Positions 26,617 to 36,874 of a stretch of 64,000 nucleotides of DNA are shown in pieces. The notes beneath the pieces were generated by a model. That model was not told the origin of the DNA. It searched no databases and worked only from the letters and a program-made list of their open reading frames with translations. Numbering within the stretch: position 1 is the first letter of the stretch; the number at the start of each line of letters is the position of its first letter. The DNA comes from an uncultured Bacillales bacterium (lineage in GTDB: Bacteria > Bacillota_I > Bacilli_A > RF39 > UBA660), in assembly GCA_948442255.1 (NCBI GenBank), contig CAOJRT010000002.1:8088-72087 (forward strand), read 5' to 3'. The translations under genes and the position numbers were made by a program.

Positions 26617-27734
26617 ATCATATCCTTAAATAAACCATAAATATAGTTTTCTATGTCAAATGTTTTCAAATCATTCATACCTTCTCCAAGACCAATAAAT
26701 TTAACTGGAATATTTACCTCTTCTTTAATAGCTAAAACAATTCCTCCTTTAGCTGTCCCATCTAATTTAGTTAAAACAATTCCTGTAATAGCTGTAATTT
26801 CTTTAAAAGATATCGCTTGGCTAATCCCATTTTGTCCTGTAGTGGCATCAATAACTAACAAAGTTTCGTGTGGAGCATTTGGAATAATACGACCAATGAC
26901 TTTATTTACTTTTTCCAGTTCTTTCATCAAATTGACTTTATTTTGTAATCTTCCTGCTGTATCAATTAAAACAATATCCATTTTATCCTCTTTTGCCTTC
27001 ATAAGTCCATCAAAGATAACTCCTGCTGGATCCATGTTTTCTTTACCATAAAAAGAAACCTCAGCACGTTCAGCCCACTCTTCTAACTGTTTAACAGCTC
27101 CTGCACGAAAAGTATCCCCTGCAATTAACATAACACGATTTCCTTCCATTTTATATTTATGAGCCAGTTTCCCAATCGTCGTTGTTTTTCCAACTCCATT
27201 AACACCAACAAACAACAAAACAGTAGGGCCAAGAGAAGACATCGTAATTTTATCTGATAAGGATTCATTATCAACATAAATAATAAAGAGTTCATCAACT
27301 ATTACTTCATTTAAATAATTAGTATCCGTAATTTTTTCTGTCTTAACACGCTCTCTTAAACGATCCATAAATTGCATAACTGTTTTTACTCCTACATCAG
27401 CATGAATTAAAAGCTCTTCTAACTCTTCAAAATAACTCTCATCAATCTTTGTATATTTAATACCAAGTAAACTTAACTTAGAAACAAACTCTTTTCTAGT
27501 TTTTTCAAGTCCCTTGTCATATAAAGCAATACTCTGCGCCTCATCTACTTTTTGCTTATCATTTTGCTCAGCTACAAATTTTGCCCATTCTTCATCTTCT
27601 ACTTCCAAAGGGGAAGTTATTTCTGGAACTTTTTCTATCTCTTCAACATCGTCTACTGAAAAAGTTTCCTTTACTTCCTCTATAACTTTTTCTTTTTTAC
27701 TAATTAAATTCTTTAATTTATCAAATAATCCCAT
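26613..27734 (-). CDS. ftsY: signal recognition particle receptor FtsY
   Basis: 373 aa. GVNGVGKTTT, DTAGR, TKLDG. Confidence 0.95.
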   Translation of the reverse strand: MGLFDKLKNLISKKEKVIEEVKETFSVDDVEEIEKVPEITSPLEVEDEEWAKFVAEQNDKQKVDEAQSIALYDKGLEKTRKEFVSKLSLLGIKYTKIDESYFEELEELLIHADVGVKTVMQFMDRLRERVKTEKITDTNYLNEVIVDELFIIYVDNESLSDKITMSSLGPTVLLFVGVNGVGKTTTIGKLAHKYKMEGNRVMLIAGDTFRAGAVKQLEEWAERAEVSFYGKENMDPAGVIFDGLMKAKEDKMDIVLIDTAGRLQNKVNLMKELEKVNKVIGRIIPNAPHETLLVIDATTGQNGISQAISFKEITAITGIVLTKLDGTAKGGIVLAIKEEVNIPVKFIGLGEGMNDLKTFDIENYIYGLFKDMM

Positions 27735-27897
27735 CTATATCACCTAAACGTATTATAACCTATAAAAAAGAAAATAACTACCAATTTACAATGTAATAAG
27801 AACAAAAGATAGACTTTTTATCTCTCTTATATTATAATTATCTATAGCGAAGAACTAGAACTTTTTATGAATTTATTATGAAAGGAAAGATATAATT

Positions 27898-29580
27898 ATG
27901 AATAACAAAGACGATTTTACGTCTGTAATTCCCTTAGGAGGCCTAGGGGAAGTTGGGAAGAATATGTATGTATTTACCCACAAAGAAGAAATATTCATAA
28001 TTGATGCTGGCGTCATTTTCCCCGAAAGTGACCTTTTAGGTGTTGATTATGTAATTCAAGACGTAACTTATTTAAAACAAAATGAAAGTAAAATAAAAGG
28101 TTTATTAATAACGCATGGTCATGAAGATCATATAGGGGGAATATCATTTTTATTACAAAGTGTAAATATTCCCGTCATATATGGTGCCCAAACTTCTATT
28201 GACTTAATAAAAAACAAATTAGAAGATCGTTCGATTAGCTACAAAAATTTAGAAGTAATAAATGGCGATACAAAAATAAAGACAAAATATTTTTCTATCG
28301 AATTTATTGCAACAACCCATTCTATCCCAGATAGTTTTGGTATAGTTCTTCACACCCCTAATGGAACAATCGTATCAACAGGAGATTTTAAATTTGACTT
28401 AACCCCTATTGGTCCTATTGCTGACTTTCATAAAATGGCAAGAGTAGGAACAGAAGGTGTAAAATTATTATTAAGCGATAGTACAAATGCTTTATCAGAA
28501 GGATTTTCTAAATCTGAAAACTCTGTAGACGAAGCTCTATCAGATATCGTAAATGGTTATAATGGTCGTATTATAATTGCAACCTTTGCCTCAAATATCT
28601 ATCGCGTGAAACACATTGTAGAGACATGCCGAAAGAACAATCGTAAAATTATTATCTTTGGTCGTTCCATGGATACAGCAGTTAATCTTGCTTTAAATAA
28701 TGGCTTAATTACCGACAAAAGCTTATTTATTGATACAAGCCAAGCAAAAAGTTTAAAGAAAAATGAAATCTGTATTTTATGTACAGGATCACAAGGAGAA
28801 CCTTTAGCTGCTTTATCAAGAATTGCCCAAGGAACACATAAACAAATTTCTTTAATGCCAGATGACTTAGTAGTCTTCTCCTCGAATCCAATCCCTGGTA
28901 ATGCAGCAGCTATTAATCGTATTATCAATAAACTATACTTAAAAGGTGTAAAAGTAATTACCAACTCCGAATTTAGTGACATTCATACATCAGGACACGC
29001 GAAACAAGAAGAATTGAAACTTATGCTAAGATTAATCAAACCAGAATATTTCATGCCTATGCATGGCGAATATCGTATGTTAAAAGAACATGCCGAATTA
29101 GCTATTTCTTGTGATGTAAAAAAAGAAAACATCTTTATCCTAAATAACGGAGATTCCCTTATCCTAGATAAAAATGGAGTACATCGTGGTCCAAGTGTCA
29201 CAGCAGGAGATGTATACGTCGATGGTTCAAGAATTGGTGAAATCGGCTCCATAGTTATCAAAGATAGAAAACTTATGTCTCGTGATGGAATCTTGATAAC
29301 AATCGTGAACATTAACCCATTTACAAAAAAATTGTTAATTAAACCGAACATAACTACAAGAGGATTTGTCCTAGTCAATGAAAATACTGACTTAATCAAT
29401 GCCATAGAAAGAAAGACAACCGATATTATTAACAAATTCTTAAATGACAATTCTTATAGTTATACAGATTTAAAAAATCAAATCATCTTAGAACTACATC
29501 CATTTATAAGTAATCTTACAGGAAGACACCCAATTATTTTACCTGTTATTATGGAAGTTAAAGAAGCATCAAAAAAATAA
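27898..29580 (+). CDS. rnj: ribonuclease J
   Basis: 560 aa. Metallo-beta-lactamase/beta-CASP, HGHEDHIGG, typical RNase J N-terminus IPLGGLGEVGKNMY. Confidence 0.93.
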   Translation: MNNKDDFTSVIPLGGLGEVGKNMYVFTHKEEIFIIDAGVIFPESDLLGVDYVIQDVTYLKQNESKIKGLLITHGHEDHIGGISFLLQSVNIPVIYGAQTSIDLIKNKLEDRSISYKNLEVINGDTKIKTKYFSIEFIATTHSIPDSFGIVLHTPNGTIVSTGDFKFDLTPIGPIADFHKMARVGTEGVKLLLSDSTNALSEGFSKSENSVDEALSDIVNGYNGRIIIATFASNIYRVKHIVETCRKNNRKIIIFGRSMDTAVNLALNNGLITDKSLFIDTSQAKSLKKNEICILCTGSQGEPLAALSRIAQGTHKQISLMPDDLVVFSSNPIPGNAAAINRIINKLYLKGVKVITNSEFSDIHTSGHAKQEELKLMLRLIKPEYFMPMHGEYRMLKEHAELAISCDVKKENIFILNNGDSLILDKNGVHRGPSVTAGDVYVDGSRIGEIGSIVIKDRKLMSRDGILITIVNINPFTKKLLIKPNITTRGFVLVNENTDLINAIERKTTDIINKFLNDNSYSYTDLKNQIILELHPFISNLTGRHPIILPVIMEVKEASKK

Positions 29581-29614
29581 TTAGATGCTTTTCTATTTAT
29601 AAAAGAGGAACCTT

Positions 29615-30631
29615 ATGAAAAAGAAAAGAAAAATGAAAAAAAAATATAAAATTACATTCTTCCTAGTCATTGTACTTATCTGTAGCATTCCATTATTCTT
29701 CTTCCTATCAAAAGAAAATAAGCAAAAAGAGAATCCAACAGAAACGAAAGATACTCCAGTAATAAACGAATCAGCAATAGAAAAGAAATTAAAAAGTTTA
29801 AATTATACAAAAGAAGAAATCTCTTTCGTTTTAAAAGAAGTAAAAGAAGAAAATCAAGATATTCTGTTAAAGGAAGAAAAAGAAGTCGTCCTTCCTATTA
29901 TTAAAGAAACCTATTATATTGATGATTATTTAGAAAAGTATATTACTTATTATAAAGAAAATAGCGATTTAACAAAAAAAGAAATAATTACAAGAGTAAA
30001 TACACATATTGATGAACCATTTTATACAAACACAATCGAAACAGATACAACATTAGGAAAATTCGTCCTATTAAATAAATACTATCACGCCAATGAAACC
30101 TACCAAGGAAAAGATCTTATCAAAGTAGATAGTCAATATAATTTATATGGAAGTGAATTTTATTTATCTAAAGAATGTTACCATGCTTTCTTAAAAATGT
30201 ATGAAGATGCTTTAGAAGCTGGCTATGGATTTAAAATCAATTCTGCGTATCGAAGCTATGAATCACAAGTAAAAATCTATCAAGGATGGGTTAATAAAGA
30301 TGGACAAACACTAGCCGATACATATTCGGCAAGAGCTGGATTCTCTGAGCACCAAACAGGATATGCTTTTGATGTCCGAGACTTTCCCTTCACGAATGAT
30401 GATTACTCTAAAACAAAATCGTTCACATGGGTAAGCGAAAATGCTTATAAATATGGTTTCATTATCAGATTCCCAAAAGATAAAGAATATATAACAGGAT
30501 ATCAATATGAACCATGGCATTATCGTTATTGCGGAGAAGAATGTGCAAAATACATTCATGATACTGGAATTACATTTGAAGAATACTATGAATACTTTAT
30601 AAAATATAAAAATCCTAGAGGACTTATCTAA
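29615..30631 (+). CDS. peptidase M15 (VanY-type D-alanyl-D-alanine carboxypeptidase) with N-terminal anchor
   Basis: 338 aa. SAYRSYESQ, SEHQTGYAFD, EPWHYRY zinc/catalytic motifs. Confidence 0.85.
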   Translation: MKKKRKMKKKYKITFFLVIVLICSIPLFFFLSKENKQKENPTETKDTPVINESAIEKKLKSLNYTKEEISFVLKEVKEENQDILLKEEKEVVLPIIKETYYIDDYLEKYITYYKENSDLTKKEIITRVNTHIDEPFYTNTIETDTTLGKFVLLNKYYHANETYQGKDLIKVDSQYNLYGSEFYLSKECYHAFLKMYEDALEAGYGFKINSAYRSYESQVKIYQGWVNKDGQTLADTYSARAGFSEHQTGYAFDVRDFPFTNDDYSKTKSFTWVSENAYKYGFIIRFPKDKEYITGYQYEPWHYRYCGEECAKYIHDTGITFEEYYEYFIKYKNPRGLI

Positions 30632-30642
30632 AAGTCCTTTTT
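30620..30642 (+). terminator. rho-independent terminator
   Basis: GGACTT-ATCTAA-AAGTCC + TTTTT overlapping the stop codon. A second A/T hairpin at 30653..30672 lies between the convergent genes. Confidence 0.6.
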
Positions 30643-30678
30643 GCATGAAAAAATAGTAAAAAATTTTACTATTTCAAT

Positions 30679-32175
30679 CTACTCCGTCATTACATAAGGG
30701 GATTCACTTGTACCATCTCCACTTAGATAAGAAATTCCTGATTTTAATGATACAACAGGTCTAACACCAATACTATTCGAATTCCAATAAAATGTTACTT
30801 GTCGCCCAAAGACAATCATTCCCGAACGAGAACCAAAATCTAAAGAATGAGGAGACATCGTCCAACAATTTAAATTAGTAAACAAATAATAATGAGGATT
30901 AATCCCTGTATCGGTTGCACTCTTCTCTCCCCTTCCCCCTGCTAAAATCATTTCATCTGATGTAATAAGTCCAACAGGATATGTAAGCTTACCATTTCCT
31001 ATATCACTACTTACTGTAAAGACATCTTCCAGATTAGTAGCTCCTAATTTAACAGAAGTATTTGGCACATTTTCTCCCATAGTACCACCACTTCCCCAAA
31101 TACGTATTCTAGGGGCAAAATAAATAGTTGGGGCAGTCGCCTTAATATGATCTCGTTCATTATAGAATGGTGTGTCTTCTAAATACTTTTGGTAATCTAC
31201 TAAATTAGCAAGAAACCATTCGTCTATATAACTTTTAATAGCAGAATCTTCTGTATTATCATCATACATATATCCAACATATTTGGCATCATTCTGTTCT
31301 ACATTAAATGGAGAATTCCCTATTTGAGATGCTCCTGCCGTATTATTACAAACTCCTTTTTTTGGAACTCCATTATAAATAAGTTTCATTCCTCCTGTAG
31401 TTGTTGTTCGGATGATTTTCCAACAAAAATTAGCAAATAAAACATTGTTATTTTGTACATCTCCACGATAATAATAAATGGGGTAAGCATACGTAGCTGT
31501 CCTTGTTAATGTATAAACTCCTTTTCCATTCGTGTCACTTGAAAAGTCTCCAAAGTTGATTTCCAAATCACTTTGTGTTTCTTTTACTATTTGCTCATAT
31601 AAAGAATTTTTATTTCTTATAATTCCATCATTATTCTTTTGAATATAGTTTATTCTTCCTTCTAACGTTAGATTTGTACTAATTGTAGGATAAAGACTTT
31701 CATGCAAATCTTTTATATAGACAATTACTTTTAAAGTCTCTTTTTCTCCTGATGCTAGAACATCATTTTGCTTTATTTCTGCCCCATCTTTATAAGTGAT
31801 TCGATATTCTAAATATTTCTTCTGTGCAATTGTTAAAGGAGTCTTATAAATACTTTCAACTTGGGCATCTATAGTTCCTTTATTTACCACATCTATGTAA
31901 AATTCATAGTATTCATTTGGTTGACTAAAGGTTACTGTAAGAGAAACACTTGTTTTATCACTACTAATGACAGGTGGGATAGCACTCACACTCCCACTAC
32001 GTACTACAACATTTTCTAAATGTATATCCCAAGTCAGTTTATCCACATTTGCTACGATATCTAATTTTAAACTACTAGATAAATAAGCATACCCAATACT
32101 CATGCACAACAAAAGTATTAGGAGGCTTAAAATTAGCATTCTTTTTTTAGAAGATGCCCTTTTTATACTTCTCAT
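30679..32175 (-). CDS. secreted/surface protein, paralog A (498 aa)
   Basis: N-terminal anchor/signal ...LLILLLCMSIGYAYLSS, central FANFCWKIIRTTTTGG block, C-terminal IGVRPVVSLK...GDGTSESPY. Paralog of 53667..55136. Confidence 0.8.
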   Translation of the reverse strand: MRSIKRASSKKRMLILSLLILLLCMSIGYAYLSSSLKLDIVANVDKLTWDIHLENVVVRSGSVSAIPPVISSDKTSVSLTVTFSQPNEYYEFYIDVVNKGTIDAQVESIYKTPLTIAQKKYLEYRITYKDGAEIKQNDVLASGEKETLKVIVYIKDLHESLYPTISTNLTLEGRINYIQKNNDGIIRNKNSLYEQIVKETQSDLEINFGDFSSDTNGKGVYTLTRTATYAYPIYYYRGDVQNNNVLFANFCWKIIRTTTTGGMKLIYNGVPKKGVCNNTAGASQIGNSPFNVEQNDAKYVGYMYDDNTEDSAIKSYIDEWFLANLVDYQKYLEDTPFYNERDHIKATAPTIYFAPRIRIWGSGGTMGENVPNTSVKLGATNLEDVFTVSSDIGNGKLTYPVGLITSDEMILAGGRGEKSATDTGINPHYYLFTNLNCWTMSPHSLDFGSRSGMIVFGRQVTFYWNSNSIGVRPVVSLKSGISYLSGDGTSESPYVMTE

Positions 32176-32209
32176 ATATTACACTCCTATATTTTATTTT
32201 TATACTTTT

Positions 32210-32241
32210 ATTTTACCCCCCCCCCCGTAGTAAAATGTCAA
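32210..32241 (-). promoter_or_regulatory. candidate promoter with homopolymeric G tract in the spacer
   Basis: Minus strand TTGACA (32241..32236), 20-nt spacer TTTTACTAC+G11, TAAAAT (32215..32210). AGGAG RBS and ATG 32175 lie downstream. Confidence 0.5.
32216..32226. repeat. C11/G11 homopolymer
   Basis: Eleven consecutive C on the plus strand in an otherwise very AT-rich intergenic region. Confidence 0.95.
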
Positions 32242-32256
32242 TAAAAAAGAAACAAA

Positions 32257-33810
32257 TTATTTTGCTTCTTCTTGTGCTCTGGTTTCACGAATGACAGTAA
32301 TTTTAATTGTTCCAGGATATTGCATTTCCTTTTCAATCTTTTCTTTCATTTCACGTGCAATTTTATAACTTTGTGTATCATCAATTTCATCAGGTTTTAC
32401 CATAACGCGAACTTCTCTACCTGCTTGCATAGCAAAAGTCTTTTCGACACCTTCAAAACTATTTCCAATCGTCTCTAGTTGTTCTAACCTCTTTATATAG
32501 TTTTCTAAAGAGTCATTTCTAGCCCCTGGCCTTGCTGCAGATAAAGTATCAGCAATCTGTACTAGTGCTGCAATAATACTAGTAGCTTCTTCATCTCCAT
32601 GATGCGACTTTATCGCATTAATAACGACTGAATCCTCATGATATTTTTTACAAACTTCTTCCCCTAATTCAACATGGCTTCCTTCCACTTCAAAATCAAT
32701 AGCTTTCCCAATATCATGTAGTAAACCAGCTCTTTTTGCTAAAGCAACATTCTCCCCTAGTTCCGAAGCCATTAAACCTGTAAGATTAGCAACTTCTATT
32801 GAATGCTGTAAAGCATTTTGACCATAACTAGTTCTATAATTCAATTTACCTATTAAAGTAATTAACTTAGGATCCACCTTAGATAAACCAAGTTCATAAC
32901 AAGTATCATTTCCTAATTTCATAATAGTATTATTCATATCATTACATACTTTATCATAAACTTCTTCTATTCTAGCAGGGTGGATTCTTCCATCATGAAT
33001 TAAGGTTTCTATTGTTATTTTAGCAATCTCTCTTCTTAAAGGATCAAAAGAAGAAATAACAATTGCTTCTGGTGTATCATCAATAATTAAATCTACACCT
33101 GTTACGGATTCTATTGTACGAATATTTCTTCCTTCTCTACCAATTAAACGACCTTTCATCTCATCATTAGGTAATGTGATTGTACTTACCGTTTGTTCAC
33201 TAGTTACATCGTTTGCATAACGTTGCATGCTATGAACGATTAAATTTTTTGCTGTCTCATTCGCTGTCAATTTTGCCTCTGTTTCACGTTCTTTTACATA
33301 CTCCGCTATTTCCAAAGACATATTTTCTTCCACACGCTTCATAATTAAGTCATGTGCCTTTTCTTTTGAAAATTTAGCAATTGCTTCTAATTGCTCCATT
33401 TCATTTTTTAGTAATTCATCAATTTTAGCTTCTTTTTCTTGGAGTTCTTTTTGTGATTTAAGTAAATTATTATCTTTTTGATCAAGTAAAGAATCACGAT
33501 TCTGTAAGATTTCTTCTCTCTTATCTAAGCTTTTCTCTCTTTGAAGTAATCTTTCTTCAGATTCCTTTATTTCTGCCTTTTTTTCTTTAATCTCTTTATC
33601 CGTTTCTTGTTTTAAACGATAAGACTCTTCTTTTAATTCAGCTAAGGAATCTCTTTTTTGTTTCTCAGCATCATGTTTCGCTTGTTCAATTAATTTACTA
33701 GCTTTATTTTCAGTAGCTTTATTACGCATAAAGTTCACTACTGCCATAATAATTATACCTAAAATTATTCCAACAAGAAGTGCTAAAACGACAAGCAAAG
33801 TTTTGTCCAT
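32257..33810 (-). CDS. rny: ribonuclease Y
   Basis: 517 aa. N-terminal TM, coiled coil, KH domain (GRLIGREGRNIR), HD domain (LLHDIGKA). Confidence 0.95.
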   Translation of the reverse strand: MDKTLLVVLALLVGIILGIIIMAVVNFMRNKATENKASKLIEQAKHDAEKQKRDSLAELKEESYRLKQETDKEIKEKKAEIKESEERLLQREKSLDKREEILQNRDSLLDQKDNNLLKSQKELQEKEAKIDELLKNEMEQLEAIAKFSKEKAHDLIMKRVEENMSLEIAEYVKERETEAKLTANETAKNLIVHSMQRYANDVTSEQTVSTITLPNDEMKGRLIGREGRNIRTIESVTGVDLIIDDTPEAIVISSFDPLRREIAKITIETLIHDGRIHPARIEEVYDKVCNDMNNTIMKLGNDTCYELGLSKVDPKLITLIGKLNYRTSYGQNALQHSIEVANLTGLMASELGENVALAKRAGLLHDIGKAIDFEVEGSHVELGEEVCKKYHEDSVVINAIKSHHGDEEATSIIAALVQIADTLSAARPGARNDSLENYIKRLEQLETIGNSFEGVEKTFAMQAGREVRVMVKPDEIDDTQSYKIAREMKEKIEKEMQYPGTIKITVIRETRAQEEAK

Positions 33811-34041
33811 TTTATACCTCCATCTTTTATTTATAGAAAAATTATAACCATTTAATTATCTATAGTTTTATTATAAGGAATATTTAGTCTTTTTTCAAGA
33901 AAAATGCAAAATAGTAAATTAAATTTCTAATAGAAAAAGAAAATTTTTCTTTTATCTTTTAAGTAATATAAAGTTTTTCTTAAGTAAAAGAACTTTAACT
34001 TATAAAAAAATTTCTATTGCATATAGATAAAATAAATTTTC

Positions 34042-34068
34042 AAAAAAATAGAATTCCTACAGAATTCT
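34042..34068 (-). terminator. rho-independent terminator of recA
   Basis: Minus strand AGAATTC-TGTAG-GAATTCT + T run, overlapping the recA TAG. Confidence 0.7.
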
Positions 34069-35146
34069 ACTCTATCACTTCACCAGTTTCTTCATTAATT
34101 TCGACACTTTTTGTCTTTTTAGCAGTTGGCTTCTTCATACCATTTAAAATATCATAATGTTCTCTAATTTGATATTCCAACTCTTTACAAAAAGCAGCAT
34201 TTTCTTTTAAATAAGTCTTAACATTTTCTTTCCCTTGTCCAACTTTTTCCCCATTATAAGAATACCAAGCTCCACTTTTATCTAAAAGATTAATTTCAGA
34301 TGCTAAATCAACAACTTCTCCTTCTCTAGAAACACCTTCTCCATACATAATATCTACAGAAGCAGACTTAAATGGAGGAGCCACCTTGTTTTTAACTACT
34401 TTAACATTGGTTTTATTTCCAAGAACTTGATCTCCTTGTTTAATTTGCTCTCCTCTTCTAACCTCCAAACGTATTGAAGCATAGAATTTTAAAGCTCTTC
34501 CTCCTGGAGTTGTTTCTGGATTACCAAACATAACTCCTACTTTTTCACGCAATTGATTAATAAATATAGCGGTCGTTTTCGTCTTATTTAAAATACCAGA
34601 TATCTTACGCATAGCTTGACTCATCAAGCGAGCTTGTAATCCAACATGACTATCTCCCATCTCACCTTCAATTTCAGCTTGTGGAACTAATGCCGCAACA
34701 GAATCTACGACTACAATATCAATCGCTTCACTGCGAATTAAAGCTTCACAAATTTCCAAAGCTTGTTCCCCTGTATCAGGTTGAGAAAGCAATAATTCAT
34801 CAATATCTACTCCTAAATTTTTAGCATAAACAGGATCAAGCGCATGTTCTGCATCAATAAACGCAGCCCTTCCACCATTTTTTTGCACTTCGGCAATAGC
34901 ATGTAGTGCAAACGTTGTTTTACCAGAAGACTCAGGACCATAAATCTCTACAATTCTTCCTTTTGGGTACCCACCTACTCCTAAAGCCACATCTAGCATA
35001 ATAGAACCTGAAGAACTTGCTTCAATATTTAAATGAGCATCAGATCCTAATTTCATAATTGATCCTTTTCCAAATTGTTTTTCAATATCTGCCAGTACCT
35101 GTTCTAATGCTTTATCTTTATCTTTTTCATTATTAACTGTTTTCAT
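34067..35146 (-). CDS. recA: recombinase RecA
   Basis: 359 aa. GPESSGKTT Walker [11 protein letters not shown]1/L2 loop regions. Confidence 0.98.
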   Translation of the reverse strand: MKTVNNEKDKDKALEQVLADIEKQFGKGSIMKLGSDAHLNIEASSSGSIMLDVALGVGGYPKGRIVEIYGPESSGKTTFALHAIAEVQKNGGRAAFIDAEHALDPVYAKNLGVDIDELLLSQPDTGEQALEICEALIRSEAIDIVVVDSVAALVPQAEIEGEMGDSHVGLQARLMSQAMRKISGILNKTKTTAIFINQLREKVGVMFGNPETTPGGRALKFYASIRLEVRRGEQIKQGDQVLGNKTNVKVVKNKVAPPFKSASVDIMYGEGVSREGEVVDLASEINLLDKSGAWYSYNGEKVGQGKENVKTYLKENAAFCKELEYQIREHYDILNGMKKPTAKKTKSVEINEETGEVIE

Positions 35147-35177
35147 GTTTTCCTCCTACTTGTAATAACAAATTCAT

Positions 35178-35228
35178 TTTATAATATTTAAAAGGCATTT
35201 GTCAATACTTTTTTCGAACATTTGTTTT
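35178..35228 (-). promoter_or_regulatory. recA promoter with adjacent LexA (Cheo) box-like site
   Basis: TTGACA (35205..35200), 16 nt, TATAAA (35183..35178). CGAACATTTGTTTT at 35215..35228 matches GAAC-N4-GTTC with one mismatch. Confidence 0.55.
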
Positions 35229-35361
35229 TGTGTAACTTTTTTACTCTAAAATCCTCTAATTATCTAGAAAAAATCCTATTTTTCTAAAAAAAGCAGCAAC
35301 AAAAAAAGAGTTTTTGTCTAACTCACACCTTTCTATAAAAGAAAAAAAGCAACTAAATTGC

Positions 35362-35991
35362 TTATTTTTCATTGAACAAAATATCTTTATTCACCCAATA
35401 ATACTGACAAGCAGAAATGACACTCATAACAGTTGCAATAAATAAGAAGAAATCATCTACTGCAAGACCACTACCTATTAAGGCAAAAGGTAAATTAGAG
35501 AAGAACACTAACGTAACCCCTATCATCATACAAATGGTCTTAATTTTTCCAGCCCAACTTGCAGCTACAACACGACCTTTATTTCCACTCGCCATTTTTA
35601 TAGAATCCACTATAATATCTCTTGTAATAATAACCACAGGAACAACAACAGGAATTTTATCAGCACAAGCAAGTAAAATTAAGACACCATTCACTAAAAC
35701 CTTATCTGCTATAGCATCCATTACTTTTCCAAAATCTGTCACCATATTAAATTTTCTAGCAATAAAGCCATCTAAAAAATCAGTAATAGAAGCAATTAAG
35801 AAAAGAACTCCACAAACGATATATTTTAAAGAAAGAGGCACTCTTCCTAAAATAGGGGAAAAATCTTTCCATTCTACTCCAATAGCATTCCAATTCATAC
35901 AAAGAATAAAAAGTACCAAAAAAGACAATACAAGTCTTACACAAGTAATCTTATTTGGTAAATTCATTCCCTTTTTTTCACTTTTTTCCAT
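35362..35991 (-). CDS. pgsA: CDP-diacylglycerol--glycerol-3-phosphate 3-phosphatidyltransferase
   Basis: 209 aa. CDP-alcohol phosphotransferase motif DFLDGFIARK...GKVMDAIADK. Confidence 0.9.
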   Translation of the reverse strand: MEKSEKKGMNLPNKITCVRLVLSFLVLFILCMNWNAIGVEWKDFSPILGRVPLSLKYIVCGVLFLIASITDFLDGFIARKFNMVTDFGKVMDAIADKVLVNGVLILLACADKIPVVVPVVIITRDIIVDSIKMASGNKGRVVAASWAGKIKTICMMIGVTLVFFSNLPFALIGSGLAVDDFFLFIATVMSVISACQYYWVNKDILFNEK

Positions 35992-35999
35992 TTATTCAC

Positions 36000-36476
36000 C
36001 TACTTAATTACATAGCCAATCAAGTTTGTTGTCTTATTAGCAATGGTTATTTGTTTTATGGCCCACAAAGCAATCAACACAAGTACAAGTATAACAACAA
36101 AGATAAGTAAAGTCTTTAAAACTTTATTCTCCTTTTTAACTGTTGTTGTATAAGGAGAAACTACTTTTATTTCTTCTATTTCCTCCTTTTGTTGGTCTTG
36201 TATTGCTTTTTCAATATCTTCTACTGGTATTTTTGATGTATATTCAAACAAATACTCATTAAATTCATCAATAATTTTATCTGGTTCCAATCCCAAATAC
36301 TTTGCATAATTATGAATATACTCTTTTAAAGCAAAAATATCTTTAAAACAGCCAATATTTCCTTCTTCAATATTCTCAAGTACTAGCGTCTTAATCTCTA
36401 AATCGCTACTGGCCTCCTCTAAACTAACCCCCGACTCTTCACGAGTCGATCGTAAGAGTTCTCCAATCTCATTCAA
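36000..36476 (-). CDS. rodZ: RodZ-like HTH/transmembrane protein
   Basis: 158 aa. N-terminal Xre-type HTH (IGELLRSTREESGVSLEEAS), C-terminal TM helix. Position upstream of pgsA as ymfM/rodZ in Bacillus. Confidence 0.65.
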   Translation of the reverse strand: MNEIGELLRSTREESGVSLEEASSDLEIKTLVLENIEEGNIGCFKDIFALKEYIHNYAKYLGLEPDKIIDEFNEYLFEYTSKIPVEDIEKAIQDQQKEEIEEIKVVSPYTTTVKKENKVLKTLLIFVVILVLVLIALWAIKQITIANKTTNLIGYVIK

Positions 36477-36514
36477 GATTATTCACCCATCTTTCTATAA
36501 ATAATACATAAAAA

Positions 36515-36868
36515 AATAAAATTTAATAAGCCACGTTCTGTTCCCTAAAAGGGCGGCAAACATTTATCTACCTAATCAACATTAGGTCCTTTGCATCGTT
36601 CTTTATTCCTAGCAAAGACTCCCCTACCAATATTTGGGTTTCTCACTCGCGGGGTTTACCTCGTTCCACTCTAAAGATTACTCTCTAGTCTCGTCTCTTT
36701 GGCACTTTTATATCTAATCTAATCCCTTAAGGATTATTTCAAAGCCGTTAGTAAAAACTACCTAAGGTTATGTCTTCCCTTAGCACGAACACTACAATCA
36801 TCTCAGATTGTGTGAGCTTGGACTTTCCTCTATATAACAAAATATATAGCGTTTACCTAAAATTTTAT
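36515..36868 (-). ncRNA. rnpB: RNase P RNA (type B), ends approximate
   Basis: Minus strand contains GAGGAAAGTCC (P4 5' strand), GTGCCAAAGAGACGAG...AGAGTGGAACGAGGTAAACCCCGCGAGTGAGAAACCCAAAT...GGTAGGGGA and ...GGGAACAGAACGTGGCTTA (P4 3' strand), closely paralleling B. subtilis rnpB. Adjacent to gpsB as in Bacillus. Confidence 0.88.
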
Positions 36869-36874
36869 TTTTTC

